Source: a bacterium
GTDB taxonomy: Bacteria; UBA8248
Assembly: GCA_965204535.1 (NCBI GenBank)
Contig: CBDBEV010000001.1
Location: 1,664,001-1,728,000 of the forward strand
Direction: 5' to 3'
DNA length: 64,000 nucleotides
Shown here: positions 29,188-37,675 of the stretch, piece by piece
Numbering within the stretch: position 1 is the first letter of the stretch
Layout: the number at the start of each line of letters is the position of its first letter
Notes under the pieces: generated by a model
Database searches by the model: none
What the model was told of the DNA's origin: nothing
Seen by the model: the letters and a program-made list of their open reading frames with translations, nothing else
Program-made: the position numbers and the translations under genes

Positions 29188-29367
29188 GCCTCCTGTCGGG
29201 GTTGTCGCCGGCAACGGGAGCTGGAGACCGTCTCCCTCTCCCCTGCCGGGCCTTTGCCCGGCTCCCCGCTTCGCTCCACCTCTCACGGTCAGGTTCACTG
29301 CCGATGAGGACCGCCCGCCGACCACGCCCGGACTTGCGCCTGCCTCGGGATTGGGGTCAGATGGGAC

Positions 29368-29727
29368 ATGGACGATCGCAGACGTATCGGGCGTGTCGGC
29401 TTCCGGGTGCTTGCGCTCCTTTGGCTGCCGGCCGGGGTGTTCACGACGGCGGCCGTGCTCTTCTGGACGGCGCCCGCGGCCTGGACGCCGATGACGCCTG
29501 CATCGGCGGCAACGCTTGCGCCAGGCGGTATTCCGCTCGCCCTGGCGTGCCGGCAGTTGTGGCGGCTGGGCCGGCGCCGCGCCGCCTGGGCGACGTGGGA
29601 GGTGCTCGGCGGGGTGACGGCGCCGCTTGTGGCGGGACTGTCCGGCCCGCTCGCGATAGCCGCCTGTGCGGTCCTTCTCAGCCCCCCGGCCTGGATCGTC
29701 TGGTGGTGGCTCGCGGGGCGGGACTGA
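29368..29727 (+). CDS. Hypothetical membrane protein
   Basis: 119 aa with about 4 hydrophobic segments. Confidence 0.5.
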   Translation: MDDRRRIGRVGFRVLALLWLPAGVFTTAAVLFWTAPAAWTPMTPASAATLAPGGIPLALACRQLWRLGRRRAAWATWEVLGGVTAPLVAGLSGPLAIAACAVLLSPPAWIVWWWLAGRD

Positions 29728-29850
29728 AAACGGCCGAGGGTGGGCCGGCTGCGTAGCAGGGCGGCGTCAAACCCTCCTCCCCGGCCGGGTCCGGTCCCCC
29801 GGCGGCCGGCCGTACGTACCCCCGGAGGGCGGAGAGAGGAGGCTTCCGGG

Positions 29851-30702
29851 ATGATCAGGGTCGTGAGCTGGAATATCGCCAGGCACCAGGAGCCGTGGCG
29901 CGAACTGGAGAGGATGGCGAGGCGGGACGAGGCGGACGTCGCGCTGCTCCAGGAAGCCGGGAGTCCGCCCGGCGAGCTGGCGCACCTGCTCCCCCGCGAG
30001 GACGAGACGTTCTGGAGCCGTCACCTCTATGACCGATGGTGCCTGGTCGCGGGTTTGTCCGGCCGGGTCCGGGTCGAGCGCTTCCGCGAGGTCCCCCCGA
30101 TCAGCTATCTCGGCGAGGGCGACGTCGGCGTGAGCGGCATCGGCACCATCGCCGCCGCGCGGGTGGTCCCCCACGAGGACGAAGCGGAGGCTTTCGTGGC
30201 GGTCTCGATGTACGCGCGCTGGATGAAGCCCCACCCCTCGACCGGAAGTCCCTTCAGGGTCGGCGCTTCCGACGTTTCGGCGCACCGGATCATCTCGGAC
30301 CTCTCGGCCTTCATTGGTCACGTCGACCCGTCCAAACACCGCATCCTGGCCGCGGGCGACCTGAACATGTTCTACGGCGCGACGGGTCATGAACTCTCGC
30401 TGCCGGAGCGAGAGCGCACGGTCTGGGCGCGGATGGAGGCGCTCGGGCTGGAGTTTCTCGGGCCGCAGGCGCCGGACGGACGCCTATCGGCGACGCCTCA
30501 GCCCGATGTGCCGGCCGACACGAAGAATGTCCCGACATTCCACATTATCGGGCAATCTCCGGCGGATGCCGACCGCCAGTTCGACTACGCCTTCGCCTCG
30601 CGGGGTTTTCACGAGGGAGTGCGGGTCCGCGCGCTCAACGACGTGGATGAGTGGGGCGCCAGCGACCATTGCCGGCTGCTGATCGAGGTCGACACGGGAT
30701 GA
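29851..30702 (+). CDS. Endonuclease/exonuclease/phosphatase (EEP) family protein
   Basis: VVSWNIA, DVALLQEA, AGDLN, FDYAF, SDH; GGAGG RBS. Confidence 0.9.
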   Translation: MIRVVSWNIARHQEPWRELERMARRDEADVALLQEAGSPPGELAHLLPREDETFWSRHLYDRWCLVAGLSGRVRVERFREVPPISYLGEGDVGVSGIGTIAAARVVPHEDEAEAFVAVSMYARWMKPHPSTGSPFRVGASDVSAHRIISDLSAFIGHVDPSKHRILAAGDLNMFYGATGHELSLPERERTVWARMEALGLEFLGPQAPDGRLSATPQPDVPADTKNVPTFHIIGQSPADADRQFDYAFASRGFHEGVRVRALNDVDEWGASDHCRLLIEVDTG

Positions 30703-30723
30703 AGGACTTGGCGGGGACGGCGA

Positions 30724-31533
30724 CTACCAACCGGTCATGGACGCAATGAGCGGTGCGTCTTCGATGACTTCCACTTCCTCCCGGGAGAGCTTCTCGAATG
30801 CGAGGCACATCGCCACCTCCTCCCAGGAGTCCCAGGGTCCGTGCTCCTCGCCCGTGGCAAGTTCTATTACGGTGTAGCGCGGCGGATAGACGGGCATTCC
30901 CTTGTGCTCATCCGAGGAGTGATACGACCGACGCGCGCAGGGAGTACATCTCACCCCTGCGTCCGCATTGACACCGCAGTCGACGCAAAGTCCGAGGGCC
31001 CGCCTGTCGTGATAGCGCGCCCGGCTCGCGGCGTTCTTCTTCGTTGAACGGGACTGCTCGCGCGCGGCGCAGGCTTCGCACCTGGAAGCTCCTGCGAAGA
31101 CCTGTCCTCCGCACCGACCGCATCGCCCCCCGGCGCGCCTTTCGGCGTAGAGTTTCTTCTCGGCCGCGCGCCTCGCCTCTCGGCAAGGTTCGCAGACGGC
31201 GCCACCCTCTGCCGGAGGAAGCTCGCCGCAACGGGTGCACAACCCGGCTTCGGTGCGCTCGCGCCTGCGGCGTTTGCTCCTCTCCCGCGCCATGCGCCGG
31301 CGGCTCTCGGGGTTTCTCCCCCCGTAGGGATCCCCGGCAGCTTTCCGCCTCTCGTAGCGGGCGCGCTCGGACTTGCGGCTTTTTTCGAGGCAGACCTCGC
31401 AAAGACTTCGCCCGGACGCAGGGCGTCTGCGTCCGCATTTGATGCAAAGGCCTTGCGCGCGGCGTTCGGCGACGCGCCGCCTGTGGCGTTCGCGATCGAA
31501 CTTGCGCCTCGTCTCCGGGTCCTTGTGCGGCAT
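30724..31533 (-). CDS. Basic protein with four CxxC...CxxC Zn-binding repeats
   Basis: CIKC/CEVC, CTRC/CEPC, CGRC/CEAC, CVDC/CTPC separated by Arg-rich helices; GGAG RBS. Confidence 0.8.
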   Translation of the reverse strand: MPHKDPETRRKFDRERHRRRVAERRAQGLCIKCGRRRPASGRSLCEVCLEKSRKSERARYERRKAAGDPYGGRNPESRRRMARERSKRRRRERTEAGLCTRCGELPPAEGGAVCEPCREARRAAEKKLYAERRAGGRCGRCGGQVFAGASRCEACAAREQSRSTKKNAASRARYHDRRALGLCVDCGVNADAGVRCTPCARRSYHSSDEHKGMPVYPPRYTVIELATGEEHGPWDSWEEVAMCLAFEKLSREEVEVIEDAPLIASMTGW

Positions 31534-31622
31534 GGTTTTCTCCGTATGTTGGTGAAGTCGTTCGGACGGCGCCGGGTCGGCAAGACGTCTTGCGGGCGGA
31601 AGTCCTCCCGGGGGGGACTCCC

Positions 31623-31919
31623 TCACCGGCACAGCATGCGGGCCCACACGAGGTGCTCGCCCCAGAGCTGAAGCCCGCTGCCGGGGACCCGGAGCCCCGT
31701 GCAGACGATGAGTTCATCTCGTGCGGGACGCATCTCGCAGACCGCCCGGCGTGAGGCGGTCACGCGTTTGCTCTTGCGTTTCCCACTCTCCCTGTCGGGC
31801 ACGGGCCTGATGTCGCCATCGGCGGACTTGTAGCGTTTCACTTCGTAGCGCTCATCCTCGAGGCCGCGTCCGAACAGGTGGGTGAGGAAGGTGCTCGCTT
31901 CGGGTTTGGGTTTTCGCAT
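31623..31919 (-). CDS. Small hypothetical protein
   Basis: 98-aa ORF with a GGGAG RBS, co-oriented with the Cys-rich gene. Confidence 0.45.
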   Translation of the reverse strand: MRKPKPEASTFLTHLFGRGLEDERYEVKRYKSADGDIRPVPDRESGKRKSKRVTASRRAVCEMRPARDELIVCTGLRVPGSGLQLWGEHLVWARMLCR

Positions 31920-32979
31920 CTCGTGAGTCTCCCTGTATTGGATGATTTGCGCGTAGCGGGGAAACGCCCTCTCCCAGACGCCCCTGCTCCGCCCCCTCCC
32001 GGCCGGACTCCGCCTCTTTCCAGCGCGAACCGCGCCGGAGGCCTTCTACGGGAAGGGGACGTCCGGGCCGTGATCGTGAAGCTCCTGCTGCTCCAGTTCG
32101 CGGCGCCAAGCATAGCGGCCGGTGCGTGACGACCACTCGAAGTGCTCGTCTTTCCCGTCGGGCAGTTCATAGCGATGAAAGGCGGACCAATCCCCACCCC
32201 GGGACCCCCGCCACAGGACGCACGATAGGGCCGTGAGGAGGCTCCAGAGGGCCGAACAGGCCCAGAACGGCCCCCACAAGGAGGCGGAGGCCGATGCCTG
32301 TCGCGAGAGAGAGGATTGTGGCGAGGAGCGCCAGGGCGGGTCCCGCCAGAACGAGAACCCGGGTGGATCGGGATGGATTCCGGTTCGTCATGGGTCGCGC
32401 CTCCGGTGCTGCAGGTGAGGGGAATGCGGGCGCCGCCCGGCCTCTCCGACCCGGCTCCCGCGCCCCCTCCCGTCCCGGCTCGGCTTCTCCGGGGCGAAAG
32501 GTATGGCGGAGGACAGCGTCGGAGAGACGATGACGCGACGGGGCATTGTTCGAGAGTGCCGCGTCGCTGGGGTTGGACGGCTTGCGCAGGTTGCTGTTGT
32601 GCGCGCGGGACCATCCTCGACCAAAGAGGAGAACTGTCGGCCAGATGGCGTCCGGACCCTGTAGGCGTCATGCTTTCAAGCAAGTGTTCATGAGCCGTCA
32701 GTGACGATGGCTGTCCGGACCCTAAACTTCATGGACGTCTCTTCCCTGTGGCGCTTTCGGTCATACTGAAAGCAAATTGTCCATGTTGAAGATGAGGTTT
32801 CGATTTATTTTCATGCATCATGCCGTTCTTTGCTGCGCGGAGGTGGAGAGAAACGCGGCTATGGCGAGTCTTTCGCAAGGGACGTATAGATATCCATTTT
32901 TAATAGAAATAATCGGAGTCTGAACGTGATATGTGTCTTCGGATTGTGGGGATAAGGATTTTTTCAGGAAAATAAAAAT

Positions 32980-33015
32980 TGCATTATATTTGCACTTTAT
33001 AAATGCATTATATTT
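32980..33015 (+). promoter_or_regulatory. Direct-repeat operator candidate upstream of the XRE regulator
   Basis: TGCATTATATTT at 32980 and 33004 in an AT-rich promoter region. Confidence 0.5.
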
Positions 33016-33063
33016 TGATACTCATTGTCATATTAATTAACCTTTGATAAATGGAGAACTGAA

Positions 33064-33996
33064 ATGCAGATAAATCACATCACCCTGAAGAAACTCCGTA
33101 AAGAGCAAGGCTACAGCCAGGAGGAGTTGGCAGAGATAGCGAAAATTTCCAAGAGAACGATAGCGGAAATTGAAGGCGGAAAAAAAGAAGTAGGGACACG
33201 CGGCTCCACGGTGAGACTGCTCGCTGAAGCTTTACGCGTCGAACCCGAAGTGCTGGGTCAAGAACCTGAATCCGATGCGGTAAGGGAGGTGGAGATCAGA
33301 AAATACGGCTTGCGATTTGCAAATCTCCCCCTCAAGGATGAAACGATACTCTCGTATGATTTGATCAAGGATCGCTATGGCGTCGAGATGGGGCAGATCG
33401 TCAATGCCGCGCCGTTTCTCTTCACCCTGCTCGCCGAGATGAGCTTGGCCGACCGCCGCCGTCGCCTAAAGGAAGCGGAGGAGGCGATGGACGCCTTCAA
33501 CAGGGTTTGCCCGGAACATATCACGGGACGCTATTGGGATGGCTTCTCTGAAAAAGATTCCATCGCCAGGAGAGACCTTTTCGCAACCTTCATAGACTCG
33601 ATGGAAGCCGACATGGGTTATTACTCGGAAGAGCGCAACCCGTTCACTGATTACCTCGTCCGATTGGCAGAGGAGCTGGGTCCCAACGACGCAATCGACC
33701 CCGAAGAAATCCATTTTGATGCGGATGGATATCTCGATTACGTCCCTCTTTTCGAGGAATATGTTAAAGGCCTTACGAGTGGATCTCGCCGCGCCGGGTA
33801 TGCCCTGTCTCGCGGATTCGCACGCATCAGCCAAATCCCGAAAGAACTGGTAGATGAAGAAGCCGCTTCTGAGCGCAAAAAATGGTTGGAATCGAAAATT
33901 TCAGATACTGAATATGCTGAATATGAAGATGAAAGAATTCGGATCGCACAATTACTCGAAGAGGTGTCAAGCAAGGGAGGTGCGGATGATGTATAG
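33064..33996 (+). CDS. XRE-family HTH protein with a large acidic C-terminal domain
   Basis: LKKLRKEQGYSQEELAEIAKISKRTIAEIEGG. Confidence 0.88.
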   Translation: MQINHITLKKLRKEQGYSQEELAEIAKISKRTIAEIEGGKKEVGTRGSTVRLLAEALRVEPEVLGQEPESDAVREVEIRKYGLRFANLPLKDETILSYDLIKDRYGVEMGQIVNAAPFLFTLLAEMSLADRRRRLKEAEEAMDAFNRVCPEHITGRYWDGFSEKDSIARRDLFATFIDSMEADMGYYSEERNPFTDYLVRLAEELGPNDAIDPEEIHFDADGYLDYVPLFEEYVKGLTSGSRRAGYALSRGFARISQIPKELVDEEAASERKKWLESKISDTEYAEYEDERIRIAQLLEEVSSKGGADDV

Positions 33997-34342
33997 AACC
34001 AGACACGCCGAAACCCGTATGCGCCAGAGGGGAGTCCGATGGGCGGATATCGAGTTGGTTCTGAACTGCGGGACACAGCTCGCCCCCGACGTTTGGTTCA
34101 TGAGAGATGTCGACGCGAGCCGCGAGATCGCCGACCTGAAGCGTACGTTCCGGCGGATTGAACGTACGTTGCAAAAAGGGAAGCAACGGCTCGAACGCGC
34201 CCTGAAACGTAGGATACAGCGGCTCGAACGTCTGAGGGGTCTCCAGGTCATCGTCGTGGGTGAGGCGGTTCTCACGAGCTACAGGCCCAGCCTTGCGCAT
34301 CAGCGGCGGGCGCGCCGCATGGGGAAAAGGGATCGCTTATGA
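33986..34342 (+). CDS. DUF4258-like small basic protein (possible toxin)
   Basis: TRHAETRMRQRGV...IELVL..G; GGAGG RBS; overlaps the XRE stop. Confidence 0.65.
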   Translation: MMYRTRHAETRMRQRGVRWADIELVLNCGTQLAPDVWFMRDVDASREIADLKRTFRRIERTLQKGKQRLERALKRRIQRLERLRGLQVIVVGEAVLTSYRPSLAHQRRARRMGKRDRL

Positions 34343-35325
34343 GTGGCGTGGCGAACCCGTTCGAGGAACTCTGCCGCCTCGCTTCCTTGAGCCGCTGGTG
34401 CCAGAATCCCGCCTGCACGACCTGCGGGAACCGTCACCTGAGCGTGGATCTGGCGCTCATCGCGCATGGCGTTCCGATCGCCGCGTGGGACCATACGAAG
34501 ACGAGATGGCCAAAGGAGTTGGTTCCGTGGACTCGGTGGACGCTAGGAGCCGCTGAATCCGCGCGTCTCGCTGAAACCCTCGGCGACGCTGATCTAGTGG
34601 CGATGGGAAAGAAATTCAGGTCGCCTCTACTGGACTGCTTGGAACTTGTTCTAGTCCGCTCGGGGCTGTCCGAGTCGGATCGGGATAAGGTCGAAAAGGC
34701 ATGGAGTGAACGGCAGGGACGAGAGAGCAGAATGGAAAAAGAACAACGGCGCTTGAGTCTTTTGGAAAGCATCAGGCAAAAGCATCCGGACCTTGTTAAA
34801 CGCGACATAAAAAACAGATTCGAGGAGCTTTGCCATCTGGCAGCCTCGAACAACTGGAACTGGAGTATACGAACTCCCAATCTTCACCTGCGCGCCGGCC
34901 TGCTGCTTATTGCGCGCAACATGCCGTTTGGTGAATGGGATTACACGAAAGACCGGTGGCCGGATGAATTGCTTCCGTCCGGCCGGGGCAGACTGATTCC
35001 TCTCGAGGATACCGAATCCGCAATTCTTGCCGAAGTACTCTGCGCCGCTGATTTGGTGGCGATAAGAAGGGATGCTGTATTCCGTTGGCTTGAATCATCA
35101 CGTGGTGGCATCCGGGAGTATTGGCTGGGCTACTTGGGAGTCGCCTTGCACCGCTCCCGGTTTTTACCGCCGCACCGCGAGCGGGTCGGGAAGTCATGGC
35201 GGGCTCAATTGAATCGCATGGCCGGAAGCAACACGCCATGTTCGACACCCGTCTCTTTTGAGGAGCTTAAGACTTACGAATGGCGTTTATCGCAAGAACC
35301 CATAGAGGAAATATACGGGATATGA
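34339..35325 (+). CDS. Hypothetical protein built from two homologous domains
   Basis: NPFEELCRLA...WDHTKTRWPKEL versus NRFEELCHLA...WDYTKDRWPDEL; ATGA overlap. Confidence 0.75.
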   Translation: MSGVANPFEELCRLASLSRWCQNPACTTCGNRHLSVDLALIAHGVPIAAWDHTKTRWPKELVPWTRWTLGAAESARLAETLGDADLVAMGKKFRSPLLDCLELVLVRSGLSESDRDKVEKAWSERQGRESRMEKEQRRLSLLESIRQKHPDLVKRDIKNRFEELCHLAASNNWNWSIRTPNLHLRAGLLLIARNMPFGEWDYTKDRWPDELLPSGRGRLIPLEDTESAILAEVLCAADLVAIRRDAVFRWLESSRGGIREYWLGYLGVALHRSRFLPPHRERVGKSWRAQLNRMAGSNTPCSTPVSFEELKTYEWRLSQEPIEEIYGI

Positions 35326-35464
35326 GTTTCACCGCTCTGTATGGAGACATCACTTGGGAGGGCGCGGAATACGTTCGCAGGAGCTGGTATAAATAGGTTT
35401 CCTACCCCTACGCCACGCCTCTCTTCCTTACGCTGTCCGCTGCTTTATCCCATGCGTCCAACCA

Positions 35465-36334
35465 CTACGGGGCAGGGAGTCGACAATTGTCGCACGCACG
35501 GCTAATGGACACTTGTTGTCCGATCCTTTCGCAGTGGCTACAACCGTGTTTGCCAAAGAACCAAAGGGCAGGATCGAGCGCTGCGCAAGTATCGGCTATT
35601 CCTTGCGGTCCTCCGATCCTTGCACACTGAACCGCACTTTGCCAAGCAGACTGGATCTCCGGTTTAACTTCTTTGAGTTCAAGCCCCGAGGTGTCCGTCA
35701 CACCCAAGTTTTCGGTAGCCCGGCGAACGTGTACATCCACCGCTACAGGGATGGCGTCGATATGAGCGATTTTCGCCCCGCCCGGGTTCGCCATGATCCG
35801 CACCCACATCGGCCCAATCTTGGGACCACGAAGCATCGGATATCGTGGGCGACCCGCGCTATCGTGGCTGCGTAGCTCTTTCTGCAACTCCCTTGCATCG
35901 CCATTGCCGGAGTCGACCACCTGACACACTGAATCGCTTCCTGATGTCAAGCTGCATGCAATCCTGTGCCATGCTTCAGCGTCCGGCCCGTGGCGTTGGC
36001 TTACACCGCTTTCAAAAAGCAATGAAGTCAGCGTTTCGGCAGACATCGAAGACACCTGATCCGGGTCGAAGACCTCAGGATGCAGTTTGAAGAGGCTAAC
36101 GCCCGCACACCAAAGCCGGGTGGCGTCTCTCGCACGATCCATGGCCGAAACGAAAGTCAGAAACAATCGGAGTGAACGCTCAGACGTGCCGAAGGCTCGG
36201 AGTTTTTGCGCGCATTCAACTTCTGGCACGAGCGACCAATTGGTACCCAAAACCTCTCCTCTTTCCGAGAGATCAAACCGGTCATTATAGAAATCGTCAG
36301 CAATCATCTTGGCCAGTTGCGCGGTGTCAGGCAT
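35465..36334 (-). CDS. HhH-GPD superfamily DNA glycosylase-like protein with a C-terminal Cys cluster
   Basis: LRGPKIGPMWVR (HhH), VAVDVHVRR (catalytic Asp), WFFGKHGCSHC...CDNC. Confidence 0.75.
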   Translation of the reverse strand: MPDTAQLAKMIADDFYNDRFDLSERGEVLGTNWSLVPEVECAQKLRAFGTSERSLRLFLTFVSAMDRARDATRLWCAGVSLFKLHPEVFDPDQVSSMSAETLTSLLFESGVSQRHGPDAEAWHRIACSLTSGSDSVCQVVDSGNGDARELQKELRSHDSAGRPRYPMLRGPKIGPMWVRIMANPGGAKIAHIDAIPVAVDVHVRRATENLGVTDTSGLELKEVKPEIQSAWQSAVQCARIGGPQGIADTCAALDPALWFFGKHGCSHCERIGQQVSISRACDNCRLPAP

Positions 36335-36416
36335 TAGAGGAACTCATGATAGACAAGTGTAGCATTATCATAATTATCCAGTTGAATAACCATATTGCAA
36401 GATGTAGTGTTGCGCA

Positions 36417-36935
36417 ATGGACACGAAGAACTGGCTTTGCTCACTTTTGGCATTATGCAATATGTTTCTGTTTGTCTTGGGCGTTCCGGGACACATTGAT
36501 GATGCAAAGGCCTGGGGCGAAGCCATGAAAGACTTAACACTGTTCCATTACGTATGGGGTTTTTTGACCGTTTTGCTCGGCATTTACGGAACATCTCCGG
36601 TTTGGATGAAATTGCTTGGTTTGTCTCCTGAGAATACGATAAAAAAAGCCTTAAAAACGGGGCTGGCTGTAGAATATGAGGAAATATGTAAATGGAGAGA
36701 TGTTTTGCATGACGCACACTTGAGGGAAGGACTGCACCAAGGATCGATAAACTGGCGCATGGCAGTTCGAGGCCTCATTCTCGTTTGTGAAAAGCATTCA
36801 ATTCCGCACCCAGGGCCTCTATCGTTTAGGGACGATAACAAGAACCTTGAGGAATGGCGAAGTTTTTCATCAGACCTAGCTTTCTTTGCGAAAAACAACG
36901 ATATCGAAGAAGCTCGGGACTTTTGGAATGCTTAG
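36417..36935 (+). CDS. Hypothetical membrane protein
   Basis: 172-aa ORF with N-terminal hydrophobic helices. Confidence 0.5.
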   Translation: MDTKNWLCSLLALCNMFLFVLGVPGHIDDAKAWGEAMKDLTLFHYVWGFLTVLLGIYGTSPVWMKLLGLSPENTIKKALKTGLAVEYEEICKWRDVLHDAHLREGLHQGSINWRMAVRGLILVCEKHSIPHPGPLSFRDDNKNLEEWRSFSSDLAFFAKNNDIEEARDFWNA

Positions 36936-36939
36936 ACGC

Positions 36940-37443
36940 TCACCTTTTCCACCGCTTGTTGCACGCTTTTTCGTTTACGCGGAGAAACTCAGCGATGAAT
37001 TTGTCGATTTGTTGCGAAAGCACAGGGAAAATTCGGGCTTTTGTTCTCCCTTTACCGCTTACGCCAGTTTGCCAAGTTGTTGTGGGAAGCTTCACTTTAG
37101 AATAGTCGTCATAAAGCAACTTGCTAAAAAACATCCAAACGTAAAAGTCATTACTGGAAACGTTAACTCCCACATAAATGCTGTGGGACAAGTTTCTTGC
37201 TTTTTGAGAGTCGCGATAAAGGCGAGCGGCGCGAAACCGGCTTTCAACGATATATCGAATCGCCTTTTCGCTGAACTTGGGCTTTGGGTCTTTCGGGGCG
37301 TTCAGTTCTACCGATACAAACATCGGCTTGCATTCAGCGAAAAGCATGAATCTTTGGTAATTAACCGATTTGTTGGATATGTCCATTGCCGACACTGGCG
37401 ACGTCAAAAGAAGCAAGACGAAAACACCAAGCAATTTACGCAT
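36940..37443 (-). CDS. Hypothetical exported protein
   Basis: Signal peptide MRKLLGVFVLLLLTSPVSA. Confidence 0.65.
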   Translation of the reverse strand: MRKLLGVFVLLLLTSPVSAMDISNKSVNYQRFMLFAECKPMFVSVELNAPKDPKPKFSEKAIRYIVESRFRAARLYRDSQKARNLSHSIYVGVNVSSNDFYVWMFFSKLLYDDYSKVKLPTTTWQTGVSGKGRTKARIFPVLSQQIDKFIAEFLRVNEKACNKRWKR

Positions 37444-37675
37444 AGCACATCCCCATTGCCGAAAAAATTTGTTCCTTTCGGCGCAGTTTCATTGTCTCGA
37501 GTGGTGGGGTGTGTTAAGCAGGGAGTCCAATCTGTTGGATGATGACTAACCCCACCATGCCGGAACCCTCGTTGGCGCGGGAGTTTCGGCGCATTTATAT
37601 TTCATTCCCTATTCGCAATTGTCGCACAGTCAACGGCGTATTCGATAAAATAGCAGATATTTCTGGGGTAAGTTA

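Noticed and set aside
31838-32683. 281-aa ORF and overlapping small ORFs
   Set aside because: Low-complexity Gly/Pro/Arg translations; no convincing frame could be chosen
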